DNA of 64,000 nucleotides from Convolutriloba macropyga (Eukaryota): the NCBI RefSeq assembly GCF_964194025.1, contig NC_134475.1, positions 65,844,001 to 65,908,000 on the forward strand, read 5' to 3'. The notes beneath the pieces are model-generated. The model saw only the letters and a program-made list of their open reading frames with translations. It was not told the origin of the DNA and ran no database searches. Shown piece after piece: positions 61,478 to 64,000 of the stretch (positions are counted from its first letter, which is position 1; the number at the start of each line of letters is the position of its first letter). A program made the position numbers and the translations under genes.

Positions 61478-62674
61478 CACACTAAAGTTAAGTTAATTTT
61501 ACCTTAAAAAGCATCCTAACTCACCTTAACTGTTAAGGTAGATTTGCCTTTCCTGAACTCACCTTAACTAATAACTTTACCTGAAATTTACCTGAAAAGT
61601 TAAGGCCTCACTACCTTAAAAAAACCTTAAATTTTACTCTAACTCCCCTAAATTACCTTAAATAATTACCTTAAAATTACCTTAAAAAATCCCTTAACTT
61701 TGCCTTAACTAAACCTGAAGTTTACCTTAAAACTAGGGTAAGTTAGGGTAGACAATTAAAGTAAGTTAGGGTAAAGTTAGGGTAAATTTACCACCACAGT
61801 TAGGGTAATTATTTAAGGTGTTTTAAGGGAAGTTAGGGTAAAATTAAGGTCTTTATTAAGGTAGTGAGGCCCTAACTTTTCAGGTAAAGTTCAGGTAAAA
61901 TGGAGGTAAAATCTGCTGGAGTTAAGGCAAGTAAAGGTAAGTTTAGGTGGAGTACAGGTAGGGCAATTCTACCTTAACCGGTTAAGGTATAAAAATTTAA
62001 TGTAAAATTACCATAAAACGGCAAAAGTTAAGGTTGAAAAATTTAAGGTAAAATTACCTTAAAAGCGCAAGTTAAGATAAATGCAACCATGTAGGAAATA
62101 TTTCCTCCAGTCAATTTATGAACCGACTATTGAGAAAACCATTTCCAGTATACTGTAATTTTTCAGTGAATCTCAGCTCAGTATGTTCATAGTAAACACC
62201 TTAAACAGGACCGCCAGCGAGAAGGCGTCCACTAAGGCCCCAAATTTTTGGAGAGCTCTAATAGGACGAGGGGCAAAGCCGGATCTTTAAAGGCTCTCAC
62301 CATAAAAAAATAAAAGGAAAAAACAAACAACCAAACAAAATTTAATTGACGAAAAAAAAACAAAAAAAAACAATCAGAAAAAAAACAGACAAACAAAAAC
62401 AAGAAAAAAAACCAAAAATGAAACGAAACAAGAAACAAACAAACAACAAAAAAACTTAAATACAGTACTAATAATTTGCGGTAATTTTACTGCAGAACGT
62501 AAAAAAAAGAAAGTTCAATTATTTTAATGTAATTTTAATTTAACATAGTTAACGTAAATTTTTACATTAATTCGAGTAAAGGTAAAAATAAGGTAAACGT
62601 TACCTTAACGTTACCTTATCAACGGTTTACCTTAACTCCTTTTAGGTAAATATACCTTAACTTTATTTAGTGTG
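61478..62674. mobile_element. Non-autonomous DNA transposon with CAC..GTG ends (CMC-like)
   Basis: TIR CACACTAAA / TTTAGTGTG; AA 2-bp TSD; arrays of TACCTTAA / TTAAGGTA. Confidence 0.87.
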
Positions 62675-63244
62675 AAGTATCGTTCATACCTATTTTGTAG
62701 ATTGTGATGTTCTTTGTTGTTTCCAGCTACACAATGTGAGCAATTGAGGATTTTGTTTTCAATGATGCTTTTTTCTTTACTGTAACAATTTTTGTTACCA
62801 TCATCAAAAAATACAGCTAAATTTGCGTTCTTTTAAGGTAAATTTATTACCTTGGTCATCCATTATTGTCCGGAGTTGCTCAAAAAGTTTTTTAAGTGAT
62901 GCAGTAAGCTTTCAAATTTCATCTTCCTGTGCAATCCTTAAAGAATCAAAGGTTTTCCCCTTCGCACCCCCTCCCTGTATTAGTANNNNNNNNNNNNNNN
63001 NNNNNNNNNNNNNNNNNNNNNNNNNNNNNNNNNNNNNNNNNNNNNNNNNNNNNNNNNNNNNNNNNNNNNNNNNNNNNNNNNNNNNNNNNNNNNNNNNNNN
63101 NNNNNNNNNNNNNNNNNNNNNNNNNNNNNNNNNNNNNNNNNNNNNNNNNNNNNNNNNNNNNNNNNNNNNNNNNNNNNNNNNNNNNNNNNNNNNNNNNNNN
63201 NNNNNNNNNNNNAGTATTAGTAGTAGTGGTGGTAATAGTCGTAG

Positions 63245-64000
63245 TAACAGAGCAGGAAATAGACAATCTGATGTCAACGTGCCTGGCCGAGGCCTCTTTG
63301 GAATGGGCGAGGAGAATGATAACTCAGAAAATTGTTGTCGTTTTGTGTCTCTCATGACCTGTTGATTGGTGGAACCTGGTTTTGACACCGGTTAGTGCAC
63401 TGGTATTCATTTAACCCACCTGATCAACAGTTGCGAAAGAAGATGTTAGATCATATCTTATTCGGTTCGAGGCACAGGAGTTGTTTGCACAACGTTAGGA
63501 CAAGGGAAAAATCACTCTCACCGATCACAATTAGTGGCAGAGAAGCCACGCAGTCAACCGAAATCTGCTCTGCTAAGTTGCGCGATTAGGTCAGGCGTGA
63601 AACTTTCTGCGCAGAAGTGAACCGCTATCTTGATGAGAGCGATATTGTTGAAGGCGTAGAACAATCTTGGGCAAATTTTTGAACGGCTTTTAATGCAGCG
63701 GCAACAAAACTACTCATCCCCGAAAAGCGTGTGCACAAACCCTGGATTACAGTTGAAACGCTGGATTTTATTAGAAAACGGGCCGAGTTACTGTTGAGGA
63801 AGCATAGTAGCGCGGAGGCGCTGCTAGTGTTCTCTAATTGTTGCAAAGAAGTACGAAAAGTTTTAAGATCAGACAAAAGACAGTGGCTGAAAGACAAAGG
63901 TGAAATAATACAAGATCATTCAGACAGAGGTGACCTGAAAGAAGTGTTTGGGGAGTCAAAACAGTTATGCCGGAAGTGGAGTCTTCATATAAGTAAATTA
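63245..64000 (+). mobile_element. RTE-like LINE remnant: APE endonuclease C-terminus and linker, running off the window
   Basis: GLFGMGEENDN, HWYS...LDHIL, KPWITVETLDFIRKR, VRKVLRSDKRQW; stops and frameshifts present. Confidence 0.85.

Noticed and set aside
61735-61840. Several TTAGGG hexamers suggesting interstitial telomere
   Set aside because: They are non-contiguous variants of the element's TTAAGGTA subterminal motif inside a TIR-bounded MITE.

Overview
AT-rich, repeat-dominated eukaryotic (animal, invertebrate-like) genomic DNA with five short N runs. Only one credible host gene is present: a two-exon secreted C-type lectin on the minus strand (19969-19724 joined to 17901-17536). The rest is layered mobile DNA. 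It holds two full-length but degenerate Ty3/Gypsy (Mag-like) LTR retrotransposons from related, diverged families (2539-9743 minus; 29757-~36545 plus), a probable Penelope-like 5' fragment, and CR1/L2-like and RTE-like LINE fragments. It also holds a set of non-autonomous DNA transposons (CCC..GGG / CAC..GTG ends with 2-bp TSDs, nested Mutator-type MITEs, one Merlin-like MITE), a ~1.5-kb tandem array with a built-in ~190-bp palindrome, and old degenerate ~175-bp arrays. The most interesting signal is an architecture shared by both Gypsy elements. (i) The gag start codon is assembled from the last LTR base plus the tRNA-Ser primer-binding site. (ii) A long spacer between RNase H and integrase ends in Met..Ser-Met-Lys..RVxF and contains a motif also found next to the LTR TATA box. 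(iii) A 59-bp non-coding block is conserved in the 3' UTR. (iv) A 10-bp LTR motif is conserved in position but flipped in orientation. Also notable are four elements that share one terminal key but carry different subterminal repeat codes, one of which holds a complete-looking Pol III cassette. All alignments were made by eye and no database searches were run.
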